This document shows, piece after piece, positions 35,952-45,569 of a stretch of DNA of 53,177 nt. The stretch is from a virus (taxonomy: Duplodnaviria > Caudoviricetes). Every line of letters begins with the position of its first letter. Positions within the stretch are counted from its first letter, which is position 1. The notes under the pieces were generated by a model. That model was not told the DNA's origin, did no database searches, and saw nothing but the letters and a program-made list of their open reading frames with translations. Location of the stretch: IMG/VR virus record IMGVR_UViG_3300050498_000174, positions 1 through 53,177 of that record; one strand, given 5' to 3'. A program made the translations under genes and the position numbers.

Positions 35952-36170
35952 TGGACCATCACCCCCGGTGACTGTCACGCTCAGTGATGGATGCGAGATG
36001 ACGGAGCGTAGCCGGCTGAACTGGGACAACGCGGAGTGATCGCAGGTCAAACCGGGTGCACGAAAAATTGCAGATCAGAGGTACCAGGCGAAAAAGGGAG
36101 GGGTTCAGGTGGGTCGCTAGCCTACATAGTCGACGTGCCCGACCCACCCCCCTCACCCTCCGTAACCTCG

Positions 36171-36518
36171 TCACTGTCTGTCACCTTTGCTGGAGTTACA
36201 TGATCGACACAGGACACCAAGCGAGCCACGCTCCGAACCACCTGATCGCACGGACTGATGGTGGTCGGCGGTGAGGGGGTTGGCCACCGGGTCTGCCATG
36301 TGTGGTGGGCGTTGCCAACCTGGACACAGCTCACCGTGCACCGCTCGCCATGCCTTCACTGTGTCGGCTCGGCGTCGACGCTCGGCGCTGTCGTAGTCGG
36401 GTCGGCGTTCTCGGTGGGGCCGGTAGCGTGCGTTGGATGCCCGGCGTTTGATGTCCCCGCATCGTGCGCATGTGGGGGTGGGGCTGAGTTTCCCGCAGGT
36501 GCAGATACGCAGGGGCAT
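36171..36518 (-). CDS. Packaging-associated HNH endonuclease
   Basis: LTADH...GG...VLCRSCNSSKG; adjacent to TerS. Confidence 0.85.
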   Translation of the reverse strand: MPLRICTCGKLSPTPTCARCGDIKRRASNARYRPHRERRPDYDSAERRRRADTVKAWRAVHGELCPGWQRPPHMADPVANPLTADHHQSVRSGGSERGSLGVLCRSCNSSKGDRQ

Positions 36519-36686
36519 GGGCGGGAGTCCTTGGTGTTGTTGGGCTCGGGCGCAGGTACAGCTGGGGCTTCTGATCCCGTCGTGGCTGTCCTTGCCGGGG
36601 ATTGCCGGGGATTGCCGGGTTGACGTCCGAGCCCGGCACCATGACCTTCTCCATGCCGACAGCCTCACCATCGCTGGGAGTTGTCG

Positions 36687-36760
<74 letters not shown>

Positions 36761-36839
36761 GAGACGAAGCTGGCCCGCACTCAGGCGGGCCGCTGGGTCT
36801 GGTCGTCTGACACTGCACCGACCATGAGGTAAGAGTGCG

Positions 36840-37070
36840 CTATAAGCTCGCGGTTTGCAACTGACCTTGCCGTCGGCTGGTGTGACGTTCAGGGATGCTG
36901 GCCATTCGGACGATGCTCTGGTCGGCGTTGTAGAGGTGGCGTCGGGTGGCGATGTCGGAGGCGACCGGGGTGCAGTGTTTACGGATGGTGGCTGGGGCGC
37001 GGCGTCCGAGTTGGATGGTGAGGGCTTCGATGTCCATGAGGGTGAAGCCGTCATGGTGGCGGACGATCAT
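36840..37070 (-). CDS. Small winged-HTH-like protein, possible late regulator
   Basis: LMDIEAL..LGRRAPATIRKHC.PVA. Confidence 0.6.
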   Translation of the reverse strand: MIVRHHDGFTLMDIEALTIQLGRRAPATIRKHCTPVASDIATRRHLYNADQSIVRMASIPERHTSRRQGQLQTASL

Positions 37071-37229
37071 GGCTCGCTGCCTTGGACGGCGGCGAGCAGC
37101 CGCGTGATCAGGTCATCCACGAGGGTCACCACCGCCATATCCAGAGTCCATCCTCGATCACGGCCTGAACACCGCGAACGACGAGCGCCGCACAGGCCGC
37201 AACGACCGGGTAGATCCACCATCGCTGTC

Positions 37230-38147
37230 TCATGCCCCGATTCTCCTCTCATCCAGGACGAACACGTAGCCGGTGGCGATGCACCCACAGCCGAAACGCT
37301 GCGGCTCGGCGGCGAAGTCGTGGTCGAGCGATCCGAGCGATCCGATGGTGATGCTCGTGATCTCTTCGCCGCAGCGCGGGCAGTAGCTGGGCTCAATGCG
37401 GTACCGGACTGGCCATCGTGCTGCCCATCCGCCGTGTCCGTGGGCGGCGGAGGCGATTGTGTTGAGGGGCTTGGGTTTTGCGTGTAGTCGTCGGCCGAGT
37501 GCGTGCCACTGGTCGGCGGTCCAGACGTGTCCTTCGCTGGCATTGCACTGGCATGCCTTGGGTAGCAATGAGTCTTCGTCGCGGATGAGGGCGCGGATCT
37601 TCCCGGGGCAGGGTTGGCCGTCTTCGTCTTCGAGTGGGCACTGGCCGATCTCGATGATTTTGGTGCCGTTGGGGTAGGCGGCGGTGCGTGCTTCGCGGAT
37701 GGCCTGGTCGAGTTGGTCGGCGGCCGAAGGCATGTTGGCGGCGAGCCACATGTGGTGGGTGGCGATGTAGGCGCCCAGGGCGTGCTTGTTGGTGTTGGGT
37801 TGCCAGACCCGGTTGAGAGGGCCGTGGACGCCGGGTGGGAGTCGGGTGAGGCGGTGTGATCCGGGTAGCCGGATTCCGCGTTCCTGGGCGATGTGGAGGG
37901 CAATTCCTGTCAACGTTGTGCGGATGAGGGAGCGGGCGTCTGCGGCTTGGAGGTTGAGTTGTGCGCCGCCGTGGAGTCCGCCGGCGCCTGGGCCGCCGGT
38001 GGCGGTGAGGATGAGGGCGAGCTCGTCGTGGAGGACGGCGCATTTGGGTGCGTCGTTTTCGATGCCGTGGATGTGGCCCCAGCACAGTTGAAGGCCGTCG
38101 GCGGCGCGGCGGTCGCAGTTAGCGACGGCGCACAGCAGCGGAGTCAC
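37230..38147 (-). CDS. Zinc-ribbon protein typical of the end of actinobacterial prophage early operons
   Basis: CAVANC..LCWGH; IGQCP..CPG.I..CQC..GHVW. Confidence 0.7.
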   Translation of the reverse strand: MTPLLCAVANCDRRAADGLQLCWGHIHGIENDAPKCAVLHDELALILTATGGPGAGGLHGGAQLNLQAADARSLIRTTLTGIALHIAQERGIRLPGSHRLTRLPPGVHGPLNRVWQPNTNKHALGAYIATHHMWLAANMPSAADQLDQAIREARTAAYPNGTKIIEIGQCPLEDEDGQPCPGKIRALIRDEDSLLPKACQCNASEGHVWTADQWHALGRRLHAKPKPLNTIASAAHGHGGWAARWPVRYRIEPSYCPRCGEEITSITIGSLGSLDHDFAAEPQRFGCGCIATGYVFVLDERRIGA

Positions 38148-39352
38148 CGGCGATCCTTTGCTTTGTATCGTAGGCGCCGGATCTCGTGGATGAGTGCGGT
38201 GATGACGCAGTGGTCGGTGTACATCGCGGGTCGCGCATCATCACGATCCCGTCGTCTACTCGGCCGTCGGGCGCCTCGATGACGGCGTCGGTGTCCGAGC
38301 CGCCCATCTGACTCATCAGGGTGAGGAAAGAAATGCGCGGTGATCAGGTGTTGCACGCCGCGGATGGTCACCGTCCACGAGCCGGTGTGGACCTGCTCCC
38401 CGATGCAGACGGCCAGATTCGTCTCCTCCGCCACCTCCCGGACCAAACCCTGGCCCAGGGACTCACCCGGCTCCAAACGGCCTCCAGGAAGCCCCCAGCG
38501 GCCCGCGTTGGTGCCGTCAGGGTTGGTTTTGGCCTCCCGCAAAAGCAGGACCCGGCCATGGTTGTCGAGGATCAGCGCCTTCGCAGTCTGCCGATGGACG
38601 ACCGCGGGAGACCCGACAGGAGCGCTCCCGCGAAGCTCTTCCGGCCGGGCCAGCGTCCACGTCATGCCGCATTTGCACTCGTGCTCGACGAACCCGGCCG
38701 CGTCGTCCGGGACCTTGGCCGGGTGGATGCAGCGGTGGATGTGGCCGCAGCCCAGTCCATCCTTCACGAGCGCCGGTGCGACCTCGGGGCATCGGACCGG
38801 ATGCCCAGCGCGAAGCTTTGCGGCCTCGGCGCGGGCCTCGTCTCGTAGTAGCTTGAGGCTGTCGTACATCACCCGGGGAACCGTTGCCGCATGCAGGTGC
38901 TTGATCTCCTCCAGAGCCTCGGCTAGGTCTTGGCTGACCCGCTCGACCTCGGCCAGCAGGTCCGGGACGTCCCGCCGTGCTTCGGCAGCGAACTCGGCGT
39001 CCTCGTACGACAGCAGGGGGCCAGCGTCGCAGCTCGACAGCGGCTTGCCGAAGTCGTTCAGCTCTCTGGCCCCGGCGCGGATCGCCACCAGATCCGAGCA
39101 GTAGCCCGCATCAGGGTGGTCCACGAACCAGCCGACGACAGGATCGGTGCATCCGATGCACTTGCAGCCCAGCGCCGTGTGGTCGTGCGGCTTCGCCTCC
39201 CATGGGCCGGCTGTTGCCTTCTCGACGCGGGCTTTGATCTCCGTGAGCCGATCTGGTGTCATAGCGGACGGAGTGTCGATCTTGCCTTCGGTGGACTTGG
39301 TCACCGCTCCTTGATCATTCATCCTCGTCGTCACCCTCGTCCTCGTCATCAA
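38144..39352 (-). CDS. Ead/Ea22-like protein fused to a Nudix domain (3' end possibly frameshifted)
   Basis: IKARVEKATAGPW, DAEFAAEARRDVPDLLAEVER; Nudix GRLEPGESLGQGLVREVAEETNL. Confidence 0.75.
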   Translation of the reverse strand: MMTRTRVTTRMNDQGAVTKSTEGKIDTPSAMTPDRLTEIKARVEKATAGPWEAKPHDHTALGCKCIGCTDPVVGWFVDHPDAGYCSDLVAIRAGARELNDFGKPLSSCDAGPLLSYEDAEFAAEARRDVPDLLAEVERVSQDLAEALEEIKHLHAATVPRVMYDSLKLLRDEARAEAAKLRAGHPVRCPEVAPALVKDGLGCGHIHRCIHPAKVPDDAAGFVEHECKCGMTWTLARPEELRGSAPVGSPAVVHRQTAKALILDNHGRVLLLREAKTNPDGTNAGRWGLPGGRLEPGESLGQGLVREVAEETNLAVCIGEQVHTGSWTVTIRGVQHLITAHFFPHPDESDGRLGHRRRHRGARRPSRRRDRDDARPAMYTDHCVITALIHEIRRLRYKAKDRR

Positions 39353-39818
39353 GCTCGTCGTCGTGCCAGGAACGCCAATCCTCGGCCGTCACCAGCTGGC
39401 CGCGGCACTTCTCGCCTGCCAGCGCCACGTAATCGACGCCGTTGATGCGAAGCCAGGCATCCACCTCACCGAAGGAGTCCTTGCCGTCAGGGAGCTTCTC
39501 GACCACCCACGTCTCCGGTGCCGGGTCGAAGTCGTCGACCACCTCGTCCGCGTCCTCGAGGAAGTACCAGACCTGCGCGTCGGTCGGCTCCGGCTGCTGC
39601 ATCTCGGTCGCCATTGCCCGCGCCAACGCGAACACGCGCGGATCATCGCGGTGGGTCACCTCGCAGTCCTGCGGATCCGGAACCGGAGGCATCCAGTCCG
39701 CTGGCGGGCTCTTGATGCTCGGCTCCGCCCAGCCAGCCACGCAGATCTGGCACGGACGACCGGCCAGCTCCGGAAACTCGGCGATCAGTTCAGCGCGCTC
39801 GTCGGTGGACTCGGTCAC
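39315..39818 (-). CDS. Acidic hypothetical protein
   Basis: Coding bias; overlapping start and stop. Confidence 0.65.
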   Translation of the reverse strand: MTESTDERAELIAEFPELAGRPCQICVAGWAEPSIKSPPADWMPPVPDPQDCEVTHRDDPRVFALARAMATEMQQPEPTDAQVWYFLEDADEVVDDFDPAPETWVVEKLPDGKDSFGEVDAWLRINGVDYVALAGEKCRGQLVTAEDWRSWHDDELDDEDEGDDEDE

Positions 39819-39956
39819 CGGGAACCTCCCTCGTCCTTCGGCGGCTTACTCGGCGAGGTGCCCATGCTCATCCGGTAGGCGCAGTTCTTGCAGGTGTAGA
39901 CGTGCAGCAGCTTGGCGAAACGGCCGAGTCTGGCCGTGCAGTACTGGCACAGGCGC

Positions 39957-40286
39957 CTAGCCACGGGACACCTCCGTGGGCGTGATGAACTCGGTGGTGG
40001 CCTCGGCCCAGGCAATCGAGTCCTGTTTGAAGCGGCGCGCGAGGTTGGCCAGGTCGCGCTTCAGCTCAGCGAGCACGCCCTCATCGCCGTCGGCCACGAT
40101 GCACCAGCAGGCGTTCTGCCAAGGGGCGTCGGGGACGCTGCGCCAGTCGCCGTGGCGTTCGTAGATGCCGTTGTAGCCGTCGGGTGTGAGGCGCGAGTCG
40201 GTGAGCAGGACGAAGTCGGACCACTGGGCTTGGGTGAGCTTGTCGTCGCTGTTACCGATGGAGACGTACACCGTTTTGGTGCTCAT
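39957..40286 (-). CDS. Conserved actinophage hypothetical protein
   Basis: VYVSIGNSDDKLTQAQW..WQNACW..QDSIAW; AAGGA RBS. Confidence 0.75.
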   Translation of the reverse strand: MSTKTVYVSIGNSDDKLTQAQWSDFVLLTDSRLTPDGYNGIYERHGDWRSVPDAPWQNACWCIVADGDEGVLAELKRDLANLARRFKQDSIAWAEATTEFITPTEVSRG

Positions 40287-40300
40287 GCTGGTCCTTTCGG

Positions 40301-40593
40301 TCAGAAGTCGTGTGAACACAGTGGGCAAAACGTGACCCGCCCGGCCCGGACGGCGACGATGTCCCACAGGCACGCCAGGATCGACGGGTAGAACTCGTCG
40401 CCCCGCAACCACGGCTGATCCCGGGACAGCAGGTTCCACAGCCCCCGCCGGTAGGCGCGGCGAAGCTGGCCTGGGGTGCGGTAGGCGTGGCCGCATTCGC
40501 CACACCACCGCCAGGCCGGGCCGGGCTCGTCCACATGGCAGCTGTAGCGTGGGCGTGGTGGCAGACGGGGGTGGGTTCGTGGACGGTGGTCAC
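40301..40593 (-). pseudogene. Zinc-finger gene with an apparent 1-nt deletion near 40548
   Basis: Coupled GTG at 40593; the 293-nt span is one base short of an intact frame. Confidence 0.5.
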
Positions 40594-40793
40594 GGTGCAG
40601 GCTCGATCCGGCCCATGACGTGCAGGTCGCAGTCTTGACACAGCACGCTTGGCTCTACGCGCCCGTCGGCTGTCGCCTGCCAGGTTGGCCAGGGCAGCAT
40701 CGTGGTGTTCTCCCGTGGGCCACACTGGTGGCGTACCCAGACGTGCTTTCCGTCGTCGTCGAGCCAGAAGCGTGCGTCGATGAAGTGGGTCAT
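40590..40793 (-). CDS. Small Cys/His protein
   Basis: HQC...VEPSVLCQDCDLH. Confidence 0.65.
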   Translation of the reverse strand: MTHFIDARFWLDDDGKHVWVRHQCGPRENTTMLPWPTWQATADGRVEPSVLCQDCDLHVMGRIEPAP

Positions 40794-41296
40794 GGCTGCT
40801 CCGTGGGTTGGGGGCCGGCGTCGGCCAGCGCCGCCTGCGCAGCTGCGGTGGCCGGGTCGTAGTGCGGGTTGGGCTCGGCGCGCTCTTGCCGTTCGCGTGC
40901 TTCGCGTTGTTCGCGCCAGTAGCCGGAGGCGTAGCGCAGGCTGTCCGGGTTGCCTTCGGGGAGTTTCGCGCGCAGTTCGGCGATCAGTTCCTCGATGGCC
41001 TCGGACCGGTCGCGGCGGGTGGGGTCGGCGGCCTCGATAGCGGCGAGATCGGCCTCCCGTGCTTCGCGTACCTGGCGTCGGCGCTCCCGGCGGAGTTCTT
41101 CGACGCCGCGGCGCACGTGGACGGGCATGAGGTAGTCGGTGGTGGTGCTGAAGTGCCCGATCACTGCTTGGCGGGCGTCGTCGAGGGCCAGGTCGGCAAC
41201 GATGGCTTGCCAGGCGATGACCACGCCGTCGTCGATGCGCCGGTTGTCGTACTGAGCGATGAAGATCAGTAGCTGATGGGTTTCCTTGAAGTTCAT
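40790..41296 (-). CDS. Replication partner (helicase loader/G39P-inhibitor-like)
   Basis: YDNR...AW..L.LDDARQAV..H...YLMPVHV; follows Rep. Confidence 0.7.
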   Translation of the reverse strand: MNFKETHQLLIFIAQYDNRRIDDGVVIAWQAIVADLALDDARQAVIGHFSTTTDYLMPVHVRRGVEELRRERRRQVREAREADLAAIEAADPTRRDRSEAIEELIAELRAKLPEGNPDSLRYASGYWREQREARERQERAEPNPHYDPATAAAQAALADAGPQPTEQP

Positions 41297-42300
41297 CAGG
41301 TTCCCTCGATGGCTTTCGTTTCTTGCTGCCGGTCCATTTCGTCGAATCGGTTACTGCGCTTCAGCTGTTCAACGGTCTCGGGTTTGAGCATCAGGCCGTT
41401 GTGTTCGACCAGTTGGTTGCGTGGGGATGCGCGGGTTCGCGGGGTCAGCCCGTCCAACTCGACGCGCAGGCTTTCCACGGTGATGCCACGGCCGTCTTTC
41501 GCCATGCGCAGCAACGCATCCTGGATTTGCGCGTCGGACCACTTGCCGACCTTGATGGCCTTGGCGACGACGCCGTTGACGGCTGGCCACCTGCACATCG
41601 GCTCGATCTCGTAGTACGCGTCGGTGATCTGCTTTGAGCGTTGAGTCACCGTCCGGCCGTCGTCCGCCGCTGGCGGCGACACCGAAGGTGAGTGTTGCGG
41701 GTTGCGGGTTGTGGAGTGCGGTTCTAAGTACGGACCTTGAGTAACCACAACCCGTTCGGAAGGCGATACGGCATCGGATGCGCTATCGGATAGCCTATTT
41801 CCCTGGGCAGATAGTGTTTCGCCTATATCCCGGGGTTCCTCGTCCGGTGGGTTGGCCGGGGTCGTGCTGGATGGGCTATCGGATAGGGCATCGGGTAGCC
41901 AATCCGGTAGGCCAAGCCGCCGGATTTCAGCCGCGAGCGCCCTCCGGATCATCGGTGATTCGACCTCTTGAACAGCGTCACGGATCACTGGCTTCCGCTT
42001 GCTGTTGGTGTATCCGCCGTCCCATCGGATGAAGGAGCGCACCAGTAGCTCCTCCGTCCTGGTGTCATAGATGACGAACCGGCCGCGAGCGAGCCCATCG
42101 AGGGCCGCCGTCACGGTCGCGGGTGTGGTGTTGCGGGCCTGGGCGGACCACCGGGTTATGGACAGCGGAAGTACGCCCGCCGCGCTGATGTCCGGCTGCG
42201 AAGCCAGCTGGAGATACACCCGCTGCTCCTCTGCCGTTAGCGCCCGGAAGTCCTCGTTGCGCCAGATGGCGGTGAGGATGTTGGCGTACTTGCGGGCCAC
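41296..42300 (-). CDS. Phage replication initiator (N-terminal wHTH)
   Basis: AIWRNEDFRALT..QRVYLQL..QPDISAAG; EELLVRSFIRWDG. Confidence 0.8.
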   Translation of the reverse strand: MARKYANILTAIWRNEDFRALTAEEQRVYLQLASQPDISAAGVLPLSITRWSAQARNTTPATVTAALDGLARGRFVIYDTRTEELLVRSFIRWDGGYTNSKRKPVIRDAVQEVESPMIRRALAAEIRRLGLPDWLPDALSDSPSSTTPANPPDEEPRDIGETLSAQGNRLSDSASDAVSPSERVVVTQGPYLEPHSTTRNPQHSPSVSPPAADDGRTVTQRSKQITDAYYEIEPMCRWPAVNGVVAKAIKVGKWSDAQIQDALLRMAKDGRGITVESLRVELDGLTPRTRASPRNQLVEHNGLMLKPETVEQLKRSNRFDEMDRQQETKAIEGT

Positions 42301-42366
42301 GTGCGTCCCTCGTTTCGGTTGTGGCTGTTCGGTTGTGGCCCGCCCCGTGACAGGGCGGGCGTGGTG

Positions 42367-42537
42367 CTACTGCTGGTCGGTCTTGGTCGGGCCGCAATAG
42401 TTGAGGATCTCGGCCATACGCAGCCATGTACTGGCCGCGCTGATCAGCTCGCGGGCCCGCTCAACGTCCGACCCTGCATGCTCGGTGGCGTCGTCGAGAG
42501 CCTTATCCGCCTTGGCAATTGCTTCGATAACGGTCAT
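42367..42537 (-). CDS. Hypothetical protein, 56 aa (MTVIEAIAKADK...), below the ORF track cutoff
   Basis: GAAGGAG RBS; open frame. Confidence 0.6.
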   Translation of the reverse strand: MTVIEAIAKADKALDDATEHAGSDVERARELISAASTWLRMAEILNYCGPTKTDQQ

Positions 42538-42555
42538 TGCCGTTGTTCTCCTTCG

Positions 42556-43509
42556 TTATTCGGCACCGCGAGGCGCGGTGAGATCAGATGGCTCGGCGTG
42601 AGGGCGCTTCCAGGCGCCGTCGGCGTCGGGCATGCGTTCGCGTGATGCTTCGGCGGTGTCGATGAGGATGGCGTCGCAGCGTTCGCAGGGGTCGTCGTGG
42701 TCGGGGTCGCCGCACCATGCCGTCGGTGCGGGCCGCTCGTCGGTGGCGGGTTGGGCCGGCTGCTCGGCGGGTTCGAGCCACCGGATGGGCTTGCCCTGCG
42801 CCTGGGCGTAGGCGATTTCGCTGCGGGTGCTCTCGCCGATGTAGCCACCGACGTTGAGGACGAGCACTTCGTCGGCGAGGTCAATTTTCCGCTTATGGAG
42901 CTCGTCGAGTCGGGCCTTGACCTTGGCCATGTCGGCTTCGGTTCGGTCTGCGAATAGGTCGGCGTCGGTGCGCATGTCGCAGCCGATTGACAGCACAATC
43001 CGGCCGGCCAACGTCTCGTCGAGGTTGGCTTTGCGGAAGGCGTCGCCGAGGCGGGTGCTGCCACAGAGGACGACGATGGTGGGCCGGGGGGCGGCGGTGA
43101 TGAGGTCACGCTCCCGCTCGGCGTCGGGTTGTGTGGGTTTCGGTAGAAGCCACGCCTGCGCCGTTTTGGGCAGTTGCGCGAAGGCGGCACCTATGCGTGC
43201 GTTGGCATCGGTGGGGGTGAGCGGTGGGAAGGCTTCGATCTCCGCGGCGAGTTTGGCGTCGCGCCATTGGTGGATGGTTCTGGCGTGGTCGTAGATTTGG
43301 TACATGGCGTCGGCGGGGGTGTCGCCGGTGACGACGATTTCGGCACTGGTGGCGGTGTGTTCGCGGCGGTAGTTGCCGTCGAGCCAGGGTTCGACTTCTT
43401 CGAGGGTGAGCTTGGCGCGGTAGAAGGTGGTCACGTCGTTCCAATCTGGTCGATGATGTGGCTGGTTGTGTTGGTGTGTCTGCGAAATGTCTCTGCGGCG
43501 CCCAGTCAT
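42556..43509 (-). CDS. Protein with a nucleoside 2-deoxyribosyltransferase-like (DUF4406-type) domain
   Basis: VVLCGSTR...LHKRKIDLADEVLVLNVGGYIGESTRSEIAYA..GKPI. Confidence 0.75.
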   Translation of the reverse strand: MTGRRRDISQTHQHNQPHHRPDWNDVTTFYRAKLTLEEVEPWLDGNYRREHTATSAEIVVTGDTPADAMYQIYDHARTIHQWRDAKLAAEIEAFPPLTPTDANARIGAAFAQLPKTAQAWLLPKPTQPDAERERDLITAAPRPTIVVLCGSTRLGDAFRKANLDETLAGRIVLSIGCDMRTDADLFADRTEADMAKVKARLDELHKRKIDLADEVLVLNVGGYIGESTRSEIAYAQAQGKPIRWLEPAEQPAQPATDERPAPTAWCGDPDHDDPCERCDAILIDTAEASRERMPDADGAWKRPHAEPSDLTAPRGAE

Positions 43510-43904
43510 GTCCGCTCACCGGGTGGGATGGGGCGGCCTGCGTCGTCGAGGTTGCAGACCCTGCCGGCCATCCCGCTGAGCAAGCCCGCGATCGCCTCGC
43601 GCATCTCATCCTCGGTCGGCTCGGGCGCGATCCGCTGGGCGCACATGCTGATGTGGCGGCGTTTGGTCCGCAGGTTCGGGTTGTCGCGGTCGAGGCTGTG
43701 CGCCCAGTCGAGAAGCTCCTGAGCGACCTGACTGCGCACCGCGCGCTCGATGTGGGGCAGCGCTACTTCGATCAGGTCTCGGGCCTCTTGTTGGCAGGCC
43801 TCCCAGGCGTCGCTTTCCCGATCAATCGGATAGTCGGGGTTGTTGGCCTGCCAGATGGGCACTGCGGCGGCTTCGATGGCTTCGGTGAGGTCGAGTTCAG
43901 CCAC
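43506..43904 (-). CDS. Hypothetical protein
   Basis: Coupled ORF; AIEAAA..W..EA..ALPHI pattern. Confidence 0.65.
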   Translation of the reverse strand: MAELDLTEAIEAAAVPIWQANNPDYPIDRESDAWEACQQEARDLIEVALPHIERAVRSQVAQELLDWAHSLDRDNPNLRTKRRHISMCAQRIAPEPTEDEMREAIAGLLSGMAGRVCNLDDAGRPIPPGERT

Positions 43905-44133
43905 GTCTGGTCTCCCTTGCGTATGAGCGGAAGTCGATGCCGGGGTCGGCGACCAACCCCCGGTGTTCGCGGCGCAGGAACAGCTCCACCGACGCGTAGG
44001 GCACCAGGGTGTTGCCGTGGCGGGTGAGTTGGTGGTGGTCGTCGGCCGGCAGCTGCCGGCCGACCGCGCGGTAGTAGCGTTCGTCGCGCCTGCGTTGCCG
44101 GGCGCCTTTGCCCATGCCGTCGTAGACGCTCAT
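43897..44133 (-). CDS. Hypothetical protein
   Basis: ATGA-coupled to the kinase gene. Confidence 0.6.
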   Translation of the reverse strand: MSVYDGMGKGARQRRRDERYYRAVGRQLPADDHHQLTRHGNTLVPYASVELFLRREHRGLVADPGIDFRSYARETRRG

Positions 44134-44546
44134 GGCTGGACCGCCTGCGGGGCAAGGTATTTGGCCCACATGCGGCGGATGACCTGCTCGCCGACCGGGT
44201 CGGGTCGGGCGGCGTCACGCTCGATGCAGGTCTCCAGATGCACGTCGGTGAAGTCGACAACGAAGAATTCGGCTCGTGCGATGCGGGCGATGGATTCGAG
44301 GGCGAGTACGGTGTCGCCGCGCAGGTTGGTGTCGTCGACGATCACGTCGCGGTCGTGGAGCAGTTCGCGGATGACGGCGTATTGGACTGCGCTGCACAGG
44401 GTTTCGTATTCGTCGTCGCCGTGTTTCCAGGCTGTTTTGAGCATGGTGCGCAGGTCGTCGCGGTTGACCCGCCAGGCGGGTTGTTGGCGGGCCCAGGTGG
44501 TTTTGCCGGAGCCGGGTAGGCCGCGGGTGATGGTGAGGGTGGTCAC
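44130..44546 (-). CDS. Polynucleotide kinase-like P-loop protein (kinase domain only)
   Basis: GLPGSGKTTW, VNRDDLR, VIVDDTNL, CIERDAAR..VGEQVI; AGGAG before the GTG at 44546. Confidence 0.88.
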   Translation of the reverse strand: MTTLTITRGLPGSGKTTWARQQPAWRVNRDDLRTMLKTAWKHGDDEYETLCSAVQYAVIRELLHDRDVIVDDTNLRGDTVLALESIARIARAEFFVVDFTDVHLETCIERDAARPDPVGEQVIRRMWAKYLAPQAVQP

Positions 44547-44845
44547 GTCGTGGCTCCTGTCGGGGTTGGTGTGCCGCCGCCCGGGTCGCGGCGGGCGGTG
44601 ACCCGGTGGGCACGGGCGGCGCAGCAGTGTGCAGGTGTTGCCCCCTGATCGGTGCGGCCCCAGCAGCGGCACGGCGGGCCGGAGCCGTGAATGTCGGTTC
44701 GGCAGGGTCTGCCCAGCACGCAGGCACACGGATAGGTGCGATAGACGGGGACCTGGGCGATGAAGCCACCGCCCGGTGACTCGTGGTGCCGGGCGGGCCA
44801 GGATCACCGCGTGCGCCGGGTGATTGTCGGTCACGATGCCGCGGG

Positions 44846-45031
44846 TCACGGGGTCGCCGCCTGCCAGGTACGGCCACCGTCAAGGGACTGGATCAGGCGG
44901 TAGCAGGCAACGCCTTCGGCCAGGCGGCGTGCCTGCTGTTCGTTGATGCCGGTGCCGTAGATGTAGCCGCATTCGGGGTGCTGCTCGTCGCCGCATTGCA
45001 AACCCCAGAGGGTGACTTCCTTCTCGGTCAT
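44846..45031 (-). CDS. Hypothetical protein
   Basis: Coupled ORF. Confidence 0.55.
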   Translation of the reverse strand: MTEKEVTLWGLQCGDEQHPECGYIYGTGINEQQARRLAEGVACYRLIQSLDGGRTWQAATP

Positions 45032-45267
45032 TGCCGATCACCGGCCTTGAGCGCTTTGCGCGCCTCCTTCAGTTCCTGGGCCAGGCGCTCGACGCGATCC
45101 GCCGGCGTCTCGTCCGCGTGCTCATCCTCGAACCCGAACGGGTAGACGTAGGCCACGATCGAGCCGACACCGTTGCGCTCGGCGATGAGCCCTTCGGTCA
45201 GCTCGACGGACTCGATGACCGCGCCAGGTACACCGGTCTCGTCGCGCACCTCGTAGGGCGCGCTCAT
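45028..45267 (-). CDS. Hypothetical protein
   Basis: ATGA-coupled; starts MSAPYEV. Confidence 0.6.
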   Translation of the reverse strand: MSAPYEVRDETGVPGAVIESVELTEGLIAERNGVGSIVAYVYPFGFEDEHADETPADRVERLAQELKEARKALKAGDRQ

Positions 45268-45569
45268 CGCCGCCTCGCAGGCTTGTTGCGCGCCTCGCCG
45301 ACTCCGTCGATCTTGCGCCACATCTGGCCGTGGCCGTTGCACAGCCGCAGGTTTCCGCCGGAGGAGGTGCGCATCGTCACCGCAGCGCGGGGCGGCTCAC
45401 CCTTGCCGCCGGCCTCGTGCAGCACGTTGACGCATTCGTCGCACTGCACCCGCTTGACCGGGCGATACCTAGCGTAGGCGCCGCGCCAGGCCTTGTGTTT
45501 GTCCAGCGTCTTGGACAGGGTGAGTTCAGGCTTGGTCGGCGCGTCGAACAGGGGCTGATTCTTGATCAC
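45264..45569 (-). CDS. Zinc-binding hypothetical protein
   Basis: CDEC...LCNGH. Confidence 0.65.
   Translation of the reverse strand: MIKNQPLFDAPTKPELTLSKTLDKHKAWRGAYARYRPVKRVQCDECVNVLHEAGGKGEPPRAAVTMRTSSGGNLRLCNGHGQMWRKIDGVGEARNKPARRR

Noticed and set aside
42310-42340. Direct repeat CCACAACCGAA x2 before rep as replication iterons
   Set aside because: Only two copies, located in the translation-initiation region; insufficient support
44130-44849. 239-aa extended kinase
   Set aside because: The N-terminal extension is low quality; AGGAG precedes the GTG at 44546, and the upstream region looks like a separate frameshifted gene
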